64,000 nt of DNA, taken from contig CAYIKZ010000003.1 of NCBI GenBank assembly GCA_964364285.1, positions 2,491-66,490 of the forward strand, in the 5' to 3' direction. Source of the stretch: an uncultured Candidatus Saccharibacteria bacterium (GTDB lineage: Bacteria > Patescibacteriota > Doudnabacteria > UBA920 > VMFF01). Numbering within the stretch: position 1 is the first letter of the stretch; each line of letters begins with the position of its first letter. The notes beneath the pieces are model-generated. The model saw only the letters and a list, made by a program, of their open reading frames with translations, was not told where the DNA came from and searched no databases. The translations under genes and the position numbers were made by a program. Positions 1 to 10,675 of the stretch are shown here, piece after piece.

Positions 1-2
1 TA

Positions 3-314
3 AGAGGATATGGTCAAAGAGATCCATTGGTTGAATACAAGCGTGAATCCTTTGATCTGTTTAAGCGCTTGCTAGTCCAGATTAATTCGCAGATTGTATA
101 TTCAATATACAAGGTAAGTCTGCAGCAACAACCAGTTTCAGAGCTTCAAGAACTTGCTAAGAATGCACAAGAAGTATCTTCAGAATCAGCAGAAGCAGAT
201 TCAGTAGAGAAAATAGGGAGAAATGATCCTTGTCCTTGCGGGTCAGGGAAGAAATATAAAAAATGTGGTCTGTTAAATACAGTTGAGCACCAGTCTAATA
301 TGGTAAAGAAATGA
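3..314 (+). CDS. secA: Preprotein translocase SecA, C-terminal part (5' truncated by window)
   Basis: [16 protein letters not shown] motif and SEC-C zinc motif [17 protein letters not shown]. Confidence 0.95.
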   Translation, partial: RGYGQRDPLVEYKRESFDLFKRLLVQINSQIVYSIYKVSLQQQPVSELQELAKNAQEVSSESAEADSVEKIGRNDPCPCGSGKKYKKCGLLNTVEHQSNMVKK

Positions 315-745
315 GCGATCTAACTCCCATTGCAAGTGTCGGCATAGTTGTGTTTGCAGAGGATTCGGTTCTTTTGGTAAGACACGAGGCTGGTGCAGAA
401 CATCTTATCAACACGTACGGTTTACCATCTGGTAGACTAGAAGAAGGTGAAACTTATGTAAGCGCGGCAAAGAGAGAACTAGCTGAGGAGACGGGATTGA
501 TTACAGCTGAAGAAGATTTGATGGAGTTGCCAGAAAAGTACACGGCTGAAATTCCGAGAAAAGATGGAACGACACGTTTGTTTTTTTGGATAGTGTTTTT
601 ATGCAAAGCTTTTTCCGGTGAACTTACTGTGAGTAACGAAACTTCTCCTGAATGGGTAAAGATGTCTGATATAAAAAAACATCAGCTATTGCCTAATATT
701 GAAAATGCGATTAGTCAGGCTTTGCGATTCAGGAAAGAAATATAA
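311..745 (+). CDS. NUDIX hydrolase
   Basis: Nudix box [22 protein letters not shown]. Confidence 0.9.
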   Translation: MSDLTPIASVGIVVFAEDSVLLVRHEAGAEHLINTYGLPSGRLEEGETYVSAAKRELAEETGLITAEEDLMELPEKYTAEIPRKDGTTRLFFWIVFLCKAFSGELTVSNETSPEWVKMSDIKKHQLLPNIENAISQALRFRKEI

Positions 746-853
746 AAAGTGTCATGGGAAATTTAAAATAGATAAACTATTCTGGACAGAAGAAGAGATA
801 AAAGATAAGGGTATTCAGATTATTTCTTTAGATTAAAATTAAGAAAGAAAACA

Positions 854-1147
854 ATGGCAAACGATTTTCAACAGAAACAACCAACTAAGAATGAACAGAT
901 GTTCTATGAGATTGCAATGCAGATGCATGATATAGATAAACGTGTTTGGTCAATTTCATCACACATGCTTGCTTTGGGTGTCGCTTTAAATATTGATGCA
1001 AAGAAAATGGCAGAAATCTTAACTGGCGATGATGCAAAGATTAAAGAATACGCTAAAAACATCAATGAAGAAATAAAGAAGATTGAAGATGCACGTCCTA
1101 AAGAAGAAAAGCACGATCATGAATATGATCACAACCATGAACACTAA
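854..1147 (+). CDS. Hypothetical protein with His/acidic-rich C-terminal tail
   Basis: 97-aa ORF, co-oriented with neighbours, ends KHDHEYDHNHEH. Confidence 0.75.
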   Translation: MANDFQQKQPTKNEQMFYEIAMQMHDIDKRVWSISSHMLALGVALNIDAKKMAEILTGDDAKIKEYAKNINEEIKKIEDARPKEEKHDHEYDHNHEH

Positions 1148-1163
1148 GATGGCTTAAATAAAA

Positions 1164-1892
1164 ATGCAAATCAACAAAGCAATAATTTTAGCTGGTGGCA
1201 AAGGAGTTCGTCTTAGACCTGTTACTCTCGAAACTCCCAAACCATTGATAACTGTTAAGCGCAAACCAATTTTGACCTGGCTTTGCGAACTCTTCATTTC
1301 CAATGATGTTAAAAATATCAGAATTATTGTAAATGAAAACGATCTAGAAGAGTTCAAGTGGTGGTTTAAAAGATTTAAGGTAACTCACAATGATCAAGAT
1401 TTTGATATAGATTTTTTTGTAGAGACTAAACCTTTAGGTACATTTGGTTTTGTTAAAACCAAAGAAGCTCGTGATTGGCTTAATAGAGAATCATTCTTTT
1501 TAAGTAATGGCGACGAGTTAAAAGCCATGAACTTAAAAGACATGGCTAAACAGCACTCAATCAATCATGAAAAAGGCGGTGTTGCAACTATTGCATTAGC
1601 TACCGTGGAAGACCCAGAGCATTATGGAGTTCCAATAGTTGAATCAGAGAGAATTATTTCGTTTTTAGAAAAACCGACTAACCCCCCAAGTAATAACATC
1701 TCTTCGGGGCTATACCTCCTAGATGCAGAATTCTTTAACTACCAAACAGATCAAGAATTTGAAATGATAGAGCTAATTTGGGATAGGGTCGCTAAGGATA
1801 ATAAGCTATACGCTTTTGATACTGGCGGAAAGTGGTATGACACAGGTACATTTGAGCGTTGGGAAAAGGCTATTAATGAATGGCCATATTAA
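1164..1892 (+). CDS. NDP-sugar pyrophosphorylase family nucleotidyltransferase
   Basis: AIILAGGKGVRLRPVT..PKPL, LSNGD, FLEKP, WYDTG motifs. Confidence 0.9.
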   Translation: MQINKAIILAGGKGVRLRPVTLETPKPLITVKRKPILTWLCELFISNDVKNIRIIVNENDLEEFKWWFKRFKVTHNDQDFDIDFFVETKPLGTFGFVKTKEARDWLNRESFFLSNGDELKAMNLKDMAKQHSINHEKGGVATIALATVEDPEHYGVPIVESERIISFLEKPTNPPSNNISSGLYLLDAEFFNYQTDQEFEMIELIWDRVAKDNKLYAFDTGGKWYDTGTFERWEKAINEWPY

Positions 1893-1986
1893 AAAACTAG
1901 ATAATAATATGCTAGTTGAAGCGCATAATAAAACCTGTTAAAATGTCAAAGTAATTGAATTAAGAAATTAAAGCTAAACAGAAACA

Positions 1987-3468
1987 ATGAGAAAAAATCT
2001 ACGGCTATATGTGACCTTTGTGTTTATCCTCCTCATTGCCGCAGCCGCGGTATATATAGATCACCCTAAGGGGAGCAAAATAGACCTTAAAAAGCTTAAA
2101 ATTGGCTTTACAAGAGAGTTTAAGCCACATTTGGGTTTAGACCTCCAAGGTGGTAGCCACCTTGAATATCAAGGTGATTTAAAAGAAGTTGGTCCTGATA
2201 AAAGAGCAGAGGCTATGGAATCCTTAAGATCAGCGATTGAACGCAGGGTTTTTTACTTTGGTGTTCAAGAACCATTGGTTGAATCAGCAGGTTCGGATCG
2301 AATCATTGTTGAACTTCCTGGTATTACGGATATTAACGAAGCCATTAAGGTTATTGGACAAACTCCATTCCTAGAATTCAGAGAAGTAAATGACCAACCC
2401 GCAACAGCAACTGTTGTAAACGGGGTTGCGACTGTTGATCCACTTTCTCAATGGAAAACAACTGGGTTAACCGGAAAAGACTTAGATACAGCAACTGTTG
2501 ATTTTAATACTCAAACAGGAAAGCCCCAGATCGTTTTACAGTTTAACTCAAATGGTGCAAAGCTTTTCTCCGAAATAACATCTAGAAACATTAGTAAGCC
2601 AGTTGCCATTTTCTTAGATGGTTCACCACTTTCTACTCCAACTGTTCAAAATGCAATAACAGACGGCAAAGCTATTATCACAGGACAGTTTACAGTTAAA
2701 GAAGCCAAGGAATTAGTTTCAAGATTAAATTCTGGAGCTTTGCCAGTTCCAATTCATTTGATCTCACAACAAAATGTTGGGGCAAGCTTAGGAAAAGATT
2801 CCATTCAAAAAAGCGTTGTTGCTGGTTTGATTGGTCTTTTGATGATTGCCTTTTTTATGATCGTTTACTACAGACTTCCTGGTTTACTCGCAGTCTTTGC
2901 TTTAGCAATCTACGCGCTATTAACATTCGCAATATTTAAGATTGGAATATCAGTAACAGCAGTTTTGCTTGTTGGAGTGTTCCTAATGCTGGCCCTTACT
3001 TCAAACTGGGGCTTTGGGATTGTTGGTGGAGCAATATATTTAATTCTAATGCTTTTGGGTGGGTTACACCCGGTTACTTTAACTCTTGCTGGTATTGCAG
3101 GTTTCATTCTCTCTATCGGTATGGCTGTTGATGCAAACATCCTTATCTTTGAACGCACCAAAGAAGAACTAAGATTGGGTAAAGATGTTAACAAAGCACT
3201 TGAAGACGGTTTTAATAGAGCATGGCTTTCAATTAGAGATTCAAACGCATCAAGTTTAATAACAACATTAATCTTGTATATTTTCGGAACTCCTGCAATA
3301 AAGAGCTTTGCTGAGACTCTAGCTATTGGTATTATCATCTCGTTATTCACAGCAATTACAGTTACAAAGACTTTCTTGCGCATGTTCATCGGACACAACA
3401 TCTTGTCGCATCCGTGGTTGTTTGGTGTAAGCAAAAAGAAAAAAGAATTAACCGCTGAAGGAAAGTAA
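1987..3468 (+). CDS. secD: Protein translocase subunit SecD
   Basis: LGLDLQGG, RIIVELPG, LNSGALP, IGMAVDANILIFER motifs. Confidence 0.97.
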   Translation: MRKNLRLYVTFVFILLIAAAAVYIDHPKGSKIDLKKLKIGFTREFKPHLGLDLQGGSHLEYQGDLKEVGPDKRAEAMESLRSAIERRVFYFGVQEPLVESAGSDRIIVELPGITDINEAIKVIGQTPFLEFREVNDQPATATVVNGVATVDPLSQWKTTGLTGKDLDTATVDFNTQTGKPQIVLQFNSNGAKLFSEITSRNISKPVAIFLDGSPLSTPTVQNAITDGKAIITGQFTVKEAKELVSRLNSGALPVPIHLISQQNVGASLGKDSIQKSVVAGLIGLLMIAFFMIVYYRLPGLLAVFALAIYALLTFAIFKIGISVTAVLLVGVFLMLALTSNWGFGIVGGAIYLILMLLGGLHPVTLTLAGIAGFILSIGMAVDANILIFERTKEELRLGKDVNKALEDGFNRAWLSIRDSNASSLITTLILYIFGTPAIKSFAETLAIGIIISLFTAITVTKTFLRMFIGHNILSHPWLFGVSKKKKELTAEGK

Positions 3469-3471
3469 ATC

Positions 3472-4365
3472 ATGTTGAACATCATAAAGCACTACAAATT
3501 TTGGTTTTCAGTTTCTGCAATTCTTTTCATCGCAGCAATAATTTCTCTTTCAATGTATGGCTTAAGACCAGGGTTAGATTTCACAGGTGGTTCATTAGCC
3601 CAGATTTCTTTCAAGACCCAACCAAACATTCAAGCAATTAAAGACGAAGTTTCTAAAGTTGTTGAGAACGCAGCTGTTCAAACAGCAGGGGAGACTGATG
3701 TAATTATTAAAACCAAGGCTTTAGAAAAAGATCAGCTAGACAAGATATACGCAGGATTAAGAGCAACACAAGGCGAGTTTACTGAAAAGTCATACAATTT
3801 GATTGGTCCAATTGTTAGTAAAGAATTAGTCTGGAAAGCAATTTGGCAGTTAGTCTTAGTTTCCCTCGGTATTGTTTTCTATATTGCATACGCGTTTAGA
3901 AAGATTACAAAACCAATTACTTCATGGAAATTTGGTTGGGCGGCAATCATTGCTTTGCTTCATGATCTTGTAATTGTTCTTGGATTGTTTTCAATCTTAG
4001 GACACTTTGCACATGTTGAAGTAGACACAATGTTTGTTACAGCATTACTAACTGTCCTTGGTTTCTCAGTACATGACACAATAGTTGTCTTTGACAGAAT
4101 TAGAGAAAATTTAAGAATTGAAGCAGGTAAACCAATTGATGAGATTGTTAATCACAGCATAAACCAAACAATTGTTCGTTCGTTAAACACTTCTTTGACA
4201 GTTTTGTTTGTATTACTTTCTCTCTTGTTATTCGGTGGTGCAACAATCAAGTATTTTGTTCTAGCGCTTTTCGTAGGAGTCATAGCTGGAACATACTCCT
4301 CAATATTTATTGCCAGCCCTCTCCTGGTTATCTGGGAGAAGTGGCAACATAGAAGAGCGTCCTAA
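3472..4365 (+). CDS. secF: Protein translocase subunit SecF
   Basis: GLDFTGG, GFSVHDTIVVFDRIREN, GTYSSIFIA; follows secD. Confidence 0.97.
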   Translation: MLNIIKHYKFWFSVSAILFIAAIISLSMYGLRPGLDFTGGSLAQISFKTQPNIQAIKDEVSKVVENAAVQTAGETDVIIKTKALEKDQLDKIYAGLRATQGEFTEKSYNLIGPIVSKELVWKAIWQLVLVSLGIVFYIAYAFRKITKPITSWKFGWAAIIALLHDLVIVLGLFSILGHFAHVEVDTMFVTALLTVLGFSVHDTIVVFDRIRENLRIEAGKPIDEIVNHSINQTIVRSLNTSLTVLFVLLSLLLFGGATIKYFVLALFVGVIAGTYSSIFIASPLLVIWEKWQHRRAS

Positions 4366-4380
4366 ACAGGACGTTTTTTT
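4357..4380 (+). terminator. Intrinsic terminator after secF
   Basis: GCGTCCT-aaac-AGGACGT hairpin followed by T run. Confidence 0.65.
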
Positions 4381-4385
4381 AATAT

Positions 4386-5279
4386 ATGAAAATAGATTTA
4401 CAAATACATACAACTTTTTCTGATGGAAAAAACTCTCCAGAAGAAATAATTAAGATGGCGGTTGAAAATAACGTCAAAGTCATTTCAGTTACAGACCATG
4501 ATACAATCAAAGGTGTTAGCGATATTATTAACCTCGGAAAAATGAACGGAGTTACAGTTATACCAGGAGTTGAGATAGCCACAGGTTACAAGAATAAGGC
4601 GCTCCATATTTTAGGCTACAACATAAATCCTCAAAACAAAGATTTACAAGAACTTTTTGATAGATCACGAAAAGAAAAAGTTGAACACTACATCAAAGAA
4701 CTTGAGGTCGTAAACGCAAACTTAAAAGCAGCAGGTAAAGACGAGCTTTCAGTTGAAATATACTCTGATGGAAAACATAGATACTCATACCCAGGTTTAA
4801 TGGCTTTTTTGGTTGAACAAAAAGCAGTTCCTGATATTAACGGCACTGAACAGTTCATGAAAGGTGTTAAGCATGTTGCACCTTCTGTGAGCCCAAGAGA
4901 AGCTTTTAAATTCATTCATGAGGCTGGGGGTCTAGCATATTTTTCACACCCATTATCTGCGGGTGGCATTTCTTTAAAAACTTTTTTAAATACACCAGAA
5001 GAATGGGAGGCTGTCATCGCTGAGTTTAAAACAGATGGTTTGGATGGTTTAGAGATATATCAGGGGTCTCACATAAAAGAAGATCGAGATTTCTTGCTAG
5101 ATATGGCATCTAAACACGATTTAAAGATTAGCGCTGGTAGTGATTGGCATGGTCCTGCTTCTATGCTTTCTAGATCGTTGCTGAAAACAACACCTAATTA
5201 CCCTGAGAAAATAGGGGATTTAGAGATTCCTGAGGACAAGGTGGTTTTAATCCTTCAGGGCCTTGGAATTACCGCGTGA
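4386..5279 (+). CDS. PHP-domain phosphoesterase (TrpH/YciV-like)
   Basis: DLQIHTTFSDG, TDHD, PGVEI, HILGY, SHP, GSDWHG motifs. Confidence 0.9.
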   Translation: MKIDLQIHTTFSDGKNSPEEIIKMAVENNVKVISVTDHDTIKGVSDIINLGKMNGVTVIPGVEIATGYKNKALHILGYNINPQNKDLQELFDRSRKEKVEHYIKELEVVNANLKAAGKDELSVEIYSDGKHRYSYPGLMAFLVEQKAVPDINGTEQFMKGVKHVAPSVSPREAFKFIHEAGGLAYFSHPLSAGGISLKTFLNTPEEWEAVIAEFKTDGLDGLEIYQGSHIKEDRDFLLDMASKHDLKISAGSDWHGPASMLSRSLLKTTPNYPEKIGDLEIPEDKVVLILQGLGITA

Positions 5280-5289
5280 TACTGTATTC

Positions 5290-5318
5290 TTGACACAATG
5301 TAAAGTTTATGATATATT
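5290..5318 (+). promoter_or_regulatory. Sigma70-type promoter
   Basis: TTGACA-17 nt-TATATT with TGn extension, upstream of ORF 5347. Confidence 0.65.
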
Positions 5319-5346
5319 CTAGGCGTATAGAAAAATACGTCTTTTT

Positions 5347-6480
5347 ATGTCAGATTCAATAGAACAAGAGAAAAAAGCAATATCTGGGATTTTGGATAAA
5401 ATCATAGACAGCAAGCAAACTGTCTCTTTACAGAACTTTGAACCCGGCTTAGTAGCCGGTAAGATATTAAGCTTGCTTAAAGAAAGAGATCGCCAGATTC
5501 TTGCAAAACGTTTTGGTTTACTTGGTTTCCCAGCAAAAACCCTTGAAGCAATAGGCAAGGAACATAACTTAACAAGAGAACGTGTTAGACAGATTGAAAA
5601 GGACTCAATCAAGTTTTTGCGTTCTAAACTCGATCAAGAACAGCTTGCAGAATCTGTTAAGGTTTTAGCGCATATAATTTACGATTCTGGAAGAATCATT
5701 AAAGAACTTGAGTTAATAAAGCTTTTGAGTTTTGAGTCTACAGAAGAAGAAAAGCGCTCTGTTTTGTTTTTGTTACATATAGCAGAAGAATTGTTAGAAG
5801 TTAAAGAATCTGAGCTGTATCATGCAGCTTGGGCTTCAGTTACATACAATCACGAGTTTTTTGAAAATATAATCAAAACTGCACGCGAAATACTAAAAGC
5901 TGAAGGTAAACCGATAACTGAATTAAACCTCATTGAAAAACTCCAGCAAAGCGAATTTTACAAGAATAACCAGAAAGATTTAAACGAAAAGGTTCTAAAG
6001 ACATACATTGAGATTAGCAAAGAGATTGCTAGAAATCCTTTTGGTGAATATGGTTTGAAAGATTGGCGTGAGATTAAACCAAAAGATGTTGGTGACAAAG
6101 CATACATTGTTTTAAAGCATCATGCAAAACCATCCCACTATTCTGAAATTACAGAAATGATCAACAAACATGGTTTTGACAAGAGAACCGCAAACAAAGA
6201 AAGCGTGCATAACGAATTAATCAAAGACGGACGTTTTGTTTTGGTTGGTCGTGGTATTTATGCTTTAACTGAATGGGGTTACAAGAAAGGTGTTGTTGCT
6301 GATGTAATCATAGAAATACTTGAAAGATCAAATCAACCATTAAGCCGTGATGAAATAATTTCAGAAGTTATGAAAAAGCGCATGGTTAAAAGAAATACTG
6401 TTTTAGTAGCTCTTTCAAACAAGATCCTTTTCAACAAAGTTCAAAGAAACAAGTACGAGTTAGTAGCCAGAGCAAAATAA
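5347..6480 (+). CDS. Sigma70 region-4 HTH plus HARE-HTH (RNAP delta-like) domain protein
   Basis: RFGL...TLEAIG...LTRERVRQIE (region 4); HNELIKDGRFVLVGRGIYALTEWGY (HARE-HTH-like); no region 2. Confidence 0.8.
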   Translation: MSDSIEQEKKAISGILDKIIDSKQTVSLQNFEPGLVAGKILSLLKERDRQILAKRFGLLGFPAKTLEAIGKEHNLTRERVRQIEKDSIKFLRSKLDQEQLAESVKVLAHIIYDSGRIIKELELIKLLSFESTEEEKRSVLFLLHIAEELLEVKESELYHAAWASVTYNHEFFENIIKTAREILKAEGKPITELNLIEKLQQSEFYKNNQKDLNEKVLKTYIEISKEIARNPFGEYGLKDWREIKPKDVGDKAYIVLKHHAKPSHYSEITEMINKHGFDKRTANKESVHNELIKDGRFVLVGRGIYALTEWGYKKGVVADVIIEILERSNQPLSRDEIISEVMKKRMVKRNTVLVALSNKILFNKVQRNKYELVARAK

Positions 6481-6512
6481 TTTTTTTGCTTTTCTAAACC
6501 AAGAAACAAAAA

Positions 6513-7832
6513 ATGGGAATTTTTTCAACGATATCAGAAGGTTTTGGTTCAACCATCTCCACAGGGTGGTATTTGTTTGTACATTGGTATGGGTGGGTTT
6601 TGTTCGTCATCGCCGGTTTCTACATAGTCAGAAAGCTTTATCAGGATAAGATCATAGATGATTATGTTTTTTCTAACAAAAGAATTTTTTTGCATATTAA
6701 AATTGAAAAAGAGAATTTGCAGAGCACTCTTGCGGTTGAACAGATTTTTGCCAGTATGCACGCTATGCACCAGAACTTTACCTGGGCTGAACGATGGTTA
6801 GAGGGTTTAGTGAACCTTTGGTGGACAGCAGAAATGGTAAGTTTAGGCGGTAAAATCTCTTTCATCATTTCAGTTCCTGAAAAAGTAAGAGGTCTTGCTT
6901 TAAGTTCTTTTTACGCGTATTACCCAAACGCAGAAATTGCCGAGGTTGAGGATTACATGAAAAACCTCACTCATTTGGATGATAATTCTTCTTGGGATAT
7001 ATGGGGCACTGAATACAAATTTACTAGAGACTGGGCTTACCCAATCAGAACATGGAGAGAATTTGAACACCCAGCAGCAGAAGAACCAGTCATTGATCCA
7101 ATGGCAGGAGTTTTGGAAGCATTAAGTAGAGCAGAACCACACGAAATGCTTGCAATTCAAATTGTCATGCGTCCAATTGCTGACAAAGACTGGGCTCCTC
7201 ACTCAGAAGAAGTAGTTCAAGCATTAAAAGAAGAGGGTGATCACCATGTACCATTCTTAGAAAGGATTTTACCTTTCCTAGCTTGGGGTAGTAAAAAAAC
7301 AGTTTTAGAAGCAATACAAAAAGGTGGTGGTCAAGGCGCGCATGGAGAAGAACAAAAGCAACCAAAAGTAATGCGTATGACTGAGGGTGAAAGAAACACA
7401 GTTAAAGGAATTGAAACCAAAGCAACCAAACCTGCATTTCAAACAAAGATTCGCCACCTATACATTGCACCCAAAGACAAGTTTGACAAGAACAAGAAGA
7501 GCTTACTTGTCGGCGCTTACAGGCAATTTGGAGCGGTTAATTCAAACAATTTAAAACCAGATGTTAATGGAACTTGGACAAACTATAACTACGCGATGTT
7601 TGAAGCCTTAGAAAAACCTTTTGTGAAGTTTATGATAATGGAAAGAAAACATTTATTACTTCAAGGTTTTGTTAACAGAAGTAGATGGATTGGTATTGAT
7701 CCAATGATCATGAACATTGAAGAGCTAGCAACGTTGTACCACTTCCCATTAAATACAGCCTCAACTCCTCCTGTTGAAAGAATTGATATTAAAAAAGGTC
7801 AGCCACCAGCTAACCTTCCGGTTATGAGCTAA
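6513..7832 (+). CDS. Membrane-anchored conserved hypothetical protein, partner of downstream ATPase
   Basis: N-terminal TM; YAYYPNAEIAEVEDY, YPIRT, EELATLYHFP motifs; 3 nt from ATPase gene. Confidence 0.75.
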   Translation: MGIFSTISEGFGSTISTGWYLFVHWYGWVLFVIAGFYIVRKLYQDKIIDDYVFSNKRIFLHIKIEKENLQSTLAVEQIFASMHAMHQNFTWAERWLEGLVNLWWTAEMVSLGGKISFIISVPEKVRGLALSSFYAYYPNAEIAEVEDYMKNLTHLDDNSSWDIWGTEYKFTRDWAYPIRTWREFEHPAAEEPVIDPMAGVLEALSRAEPHEMLAIQIVMRPIADKDWAPHSEEVVQALKEEGDHHVPFLERILPFLAWGSKKTVLEAIQKGGGQGAHGEEQKQPKVMRMTEGERNTVKGIETKATKPAFQTKIRHLYIAPKDKFDKNKKSLLVGAYRQFGAVNSNNLKPDVNGTWTNYNYAMFEALEKPFVKFMIMERKHLLLQGFVNRSRWIGIDPMIMNIEELATLYHFPLNTASTPPVERIDIKKGQPPANLPVMS

Positions 7833-7835
7833 ACT

Positions 7836-9521
7836 ATGCAAAACGAAAACGAAGTCACATTATTCGCCAAAACCAATTTCCGAAACAAGCAGGTGCCTTT
7901 TGGTATCAAGAGAGAAGATCGTAGAAAGCACATGTATGTCATCGGTAAAACTGGTATGGGCAAAACAACGATGATGGAAAACATGATCATCCAAGATATT
8001 GTTAATGACAATGGTCTTGCTTTTGTTGATCCGCACGGCGATTCAGTAGAAAAGATTCTAAACTACATACCAGCGAGAAGAATAAACGACGTGGTGTATT
8101 TCAACCCATCAGACATGGAATTTCCAATTGCTTTTAACATTCTTGAATCAGTTGATCCAAGATACAAGCATTTAGTCGCATCAGGATTAATGGGAGTGTT
8201 TACAAAGATATGGGCAAACCTTTGGTCTGCTCGTATGGAATATATTTTAAACAATGCTATCTTAGCTTTACTTGATTCACCAGGGAATACACTCCTTGGT
8301 ATTTCAAGAATGTTAATTGACAAGAAATACAGAAAACGGATCGTTGATAACGTAAAGGATCCGGTTGTTAGATCTTTCTGGCAAGATGAGTTTGCTAACT
8401 GGAACGAGAAATATAGAATGGAAGCAATTGCTCCAATCCAAAACAAAGTTGGACAGTTCCTTTCTTCAGGAATCATTAGAAATATTGTTGGTCAACCAAA
8501 ATCAACCGTTGATTTAAGAGATTTAATGGATAACAAAAAGATTCTTTTAATGAATCTTTCAAAAGGACGTGTTGGTGAAGACAATTCAGCGCTTCTTGGT
8601 GCCATGATCATTACCAAACTTCAATTAGCAGCTCTTTCTCGTGTTGATATCCCAGAAGAAGATCGTAATGACTTCTACCTATATGTAGATGAATTTCAAA
8701 ACTTTGCAACAGAATCATTTGCAACAATTCTTTCTGAAGCAAGAAAATACCGCCTTAATTTAATTATTGGTCACCAATACATTGGTCAGCTAGTTCAGGA
8801 AAACAACAACACAAAGGTTAGAGATGCTGTATTTGGAAACGTTGGAACAATAGTAACATTCAGAGTTGGTGCAGCTGATGCAGAGTTTTTGGAAAAGGAG
8901 TTCATGCCAATATTTACAGAAAACGACCTTGTAAATATTCCAAAACACACAGTTATATTAAAGTTAATGATAAACGGTGTTGCTTCAGATCCTTTCACTG
9001 CTGAGACACTTCCTCCTGGAACATATGAAAAAACAGATAATGGCGAAAAGATCATACGTGTTTCTAGAGAAAGATATGCAAACCCAGTAACTGATGTTGA
9101 AGATAAAATAACCAAATGGATGGGTCAGGAGTTCCACGAACAAGCTGCGTTGATAGCAGGAAATCAAGTTTTGGAGGGTGAAGAACAATTGGCTCCTCAA
9201 GCACCTATACAGCAAGAGGTACCAGCTCAACCAGAGATGGTAGAAGTTCCAAAAGTTATGGTTCTGCAACAAGCTGAGGCTATGGAAAAAAAAGAAACTC
9301 CTCCAAACCCTGAAAAGAAAAAGAAAAAGAAACCAGGTAATCCAAACAACAGGAGAGACGAAAATCCAATCTGGAATACAGTTGCCAAGATGACTGATCA
9401 AAAGATCAAAGAAACTGAAACTCCTGATGTCTTGTTAAAGACTCTAGAAACAGTTAAAGTATCTGAGAGTCCAAAAAAGGTTCTTAAACCAGGAGAATCA
9501 GTAAAGCTTGATGAAATCTAA
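7836..9521 (+). CDS. VirD4/TraD/HerA-like P-loop ATPase (T4SS coupling-protein-like)
   Basis: RRKHMYVIGKTGMGKT Walker A, DPHGD, LYVDEFQNF Walker B, SEARKY. Confidence 0.88.
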   Translation: MQNENEVTLFAKTNFRNKQVPFGIKREDRRKHMYVIGKTGMGKTTMMENMIIQDIVNDNGLAFVDPHGDSVEKILNYIPARRINDVVYFNPSDMEFPIAFNILESVDPRYKHLVASGLMGVFTKIWANLWSARMEYILNNAILALLDSPGNTLLGISRMLIDKKYRKRIVDNVKDPVVRSFWQDEFANWNEKYRMEAIAPIQNKVGQFLSSGIIRNIVGQPKSTVDLRDLMDNKKILLMNLSKGRVGEDNSALLGAMIITKLQLAALSRVDIPEEDRNDFYLYVDEFQNFATESFATILSEARKYRLNLIIGHQYIGQLVQENNNTKVRDAVFGNVGTIVTFRVGAADAEFLEKEFMPIFTENDLVNIPKHTVILKLMINGVASDPFTAETLPPGTYEKTDNGEKIIRVSRERYANPVTDVEDKITKWMGQEFHEQAALIAGNQVLEGEEQLAPQAPIQQEVPAQPEMVEVPKVMVLQQAEAMEKKETPPNPEKKKKKKPGNPNNRRDENPIWNTVAKMTDQKIKETETPDVLLKTLETVKVSESPKKVLKPGESVKLDEI

Positions 9522-10584
9522 GAAGACTTTAAAACCAAAGAAAAAAGTATTAGTGGCGCTTTCAGGCGGAATTGATTCTGCGGTAAGCGCTGCTTTGTTG
9601 TTGCAACAAGGATATATTGTTGAAGCAGGGTTTATGAAAAACTGGAGTTCAACCGAAGGGCTATTACGTAATGAATGTCCTTGGCTAGATGACAGAAGAG
9701 AAGCTTTAAGAGTAGCCGCATTTTTAAATATTCCATTGCACACTTTTGATTTTGAAAAACAATATCAAGACAAAGTAATGCAGTATTTCTTTAAAGAATA
9801 CAAAGCAGGAAGAACTCCAAACCCTGATGTCATGTGTAACAAAGAGATCAAGTTTAAGCTCCTCTATGACAAAGCAATTAACATGGGTTTTGATTACATT
9901 GCTACAGGACATTATGCTCAGATTAAAAACAGCAAACTCATCAGATCAGTAGATGAGTTCAAAGACCAAACATACTTCATCTACAACCTGGAAAAAGAAC
10001 AACTCAAACATATTCTTTTTCCAATAGGGCACTTAAAGAAGACAAAGGTTCGACAACTTGCAAAAAAGCTTCATCTCCCAAACGCAGAGCGCAAAGAAAG
10101 CATGGGTCTTTGTTTTGTTGGAAAGATTCGTTTAGATCAGTTCCTTTCACAGAAATTAAAACCAAAACAAGGAAACATAGTCGATACAAAAGGCAATGTT
10201 ATTGGAAAACACAAAGGCACCTCTTTCTATACCCTAGGACAAAGACAAGGGTTAGGCATTGGCGGAACCGGTGGTCCTTACTATATCGCTAAAAAAGACG
10301 TTAAAAAGAATATTCTGGTAGTTACCGAAGATCCACATGACAAGCTTTTAGAGTTTAAAGAGATTCATCTTGCGGATGTTAATTGGATTAATGAACCTAA
10401 AAAATATCCAAGTTTTTGCAAGGGACGTTTTAGACACCAACAAGCGCTTCAGGAGTTGAATCTTCGCAAAGAAAAAACAGGGTATATTGTTAAGTTTAAG
10501 AAGAAACAATTTGCAATCGCTTCAGGACAGAGTCTTGTGTTGTACAAAGGAAAAGAATGTTTAGGTGGGGGAGTGATTGGATAA
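9511..10584 (+). CDS. mnmA: tRNA 2-thiouridine(34) synthase MnmA
   Basis: SGGIDS, GRTPNPDVMCN, ATGHYA, KDQTYF, ESMGLCF, TLGQRQG. Confidence 0.96.
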   Translation: MKSKKTLKPKKKVLVALSGGIDSAVSAALLLQQGYIVEAGFMKNWSSTEGLLRNECPWLDDRREALRVAAFLNIPLHTFDFEKQYQDKVMQYFFKEYKAGRTPNPDVMCNKEIKFKLLYDKAINMGFDYIATGHYAQIKNSKLIRSVDEFKDQTYFIYNLEKEQLKHILFPIGHLKKTKVRQLAKKLHLPNAERKESMGLCFVGKIRLDQFLSQKLKPKQGNIVDTKGNVIGKHKGTSFYTLGQRQGLGIGGTGGPYYIAKKDVKKNILVVTEDPHDKLLEFKEIHLADVNWINEPKKYPSFCKGRFRHQQALQELNLRKEKTGYIVKFKKKQFAIASGQSLVLYKGKECLGGGVIG

Positions 10585-10601
10585 AATAACTGTACAACTA
10601 A

Positions 10602-10630
10602 TTGACAAATACCACTAGCCGTGGTATTTT
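10602..10630 (+). promoter_or_regulatory. Promoter containing an inverted repeat (may double as mnmA terminator)
   Basis: TTGACA-17-TATTTT; AAATACCAC-tagcc-GTGGTATTT inverted repeat 10607-10629 followed by T run. Confidence 0.55.
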
Positions 10631-10675
10631 TTTATGTTAGTTAGTTGTGCAGGAGGACCTTCACCCGAGGAGAGC

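Noticed and set aside
2910-3485. Long antisense ORFs (e.g. opposite secD, hppA, pepN, pheT)
   Set aside because: They shadow well-supported genes and lack motifs.
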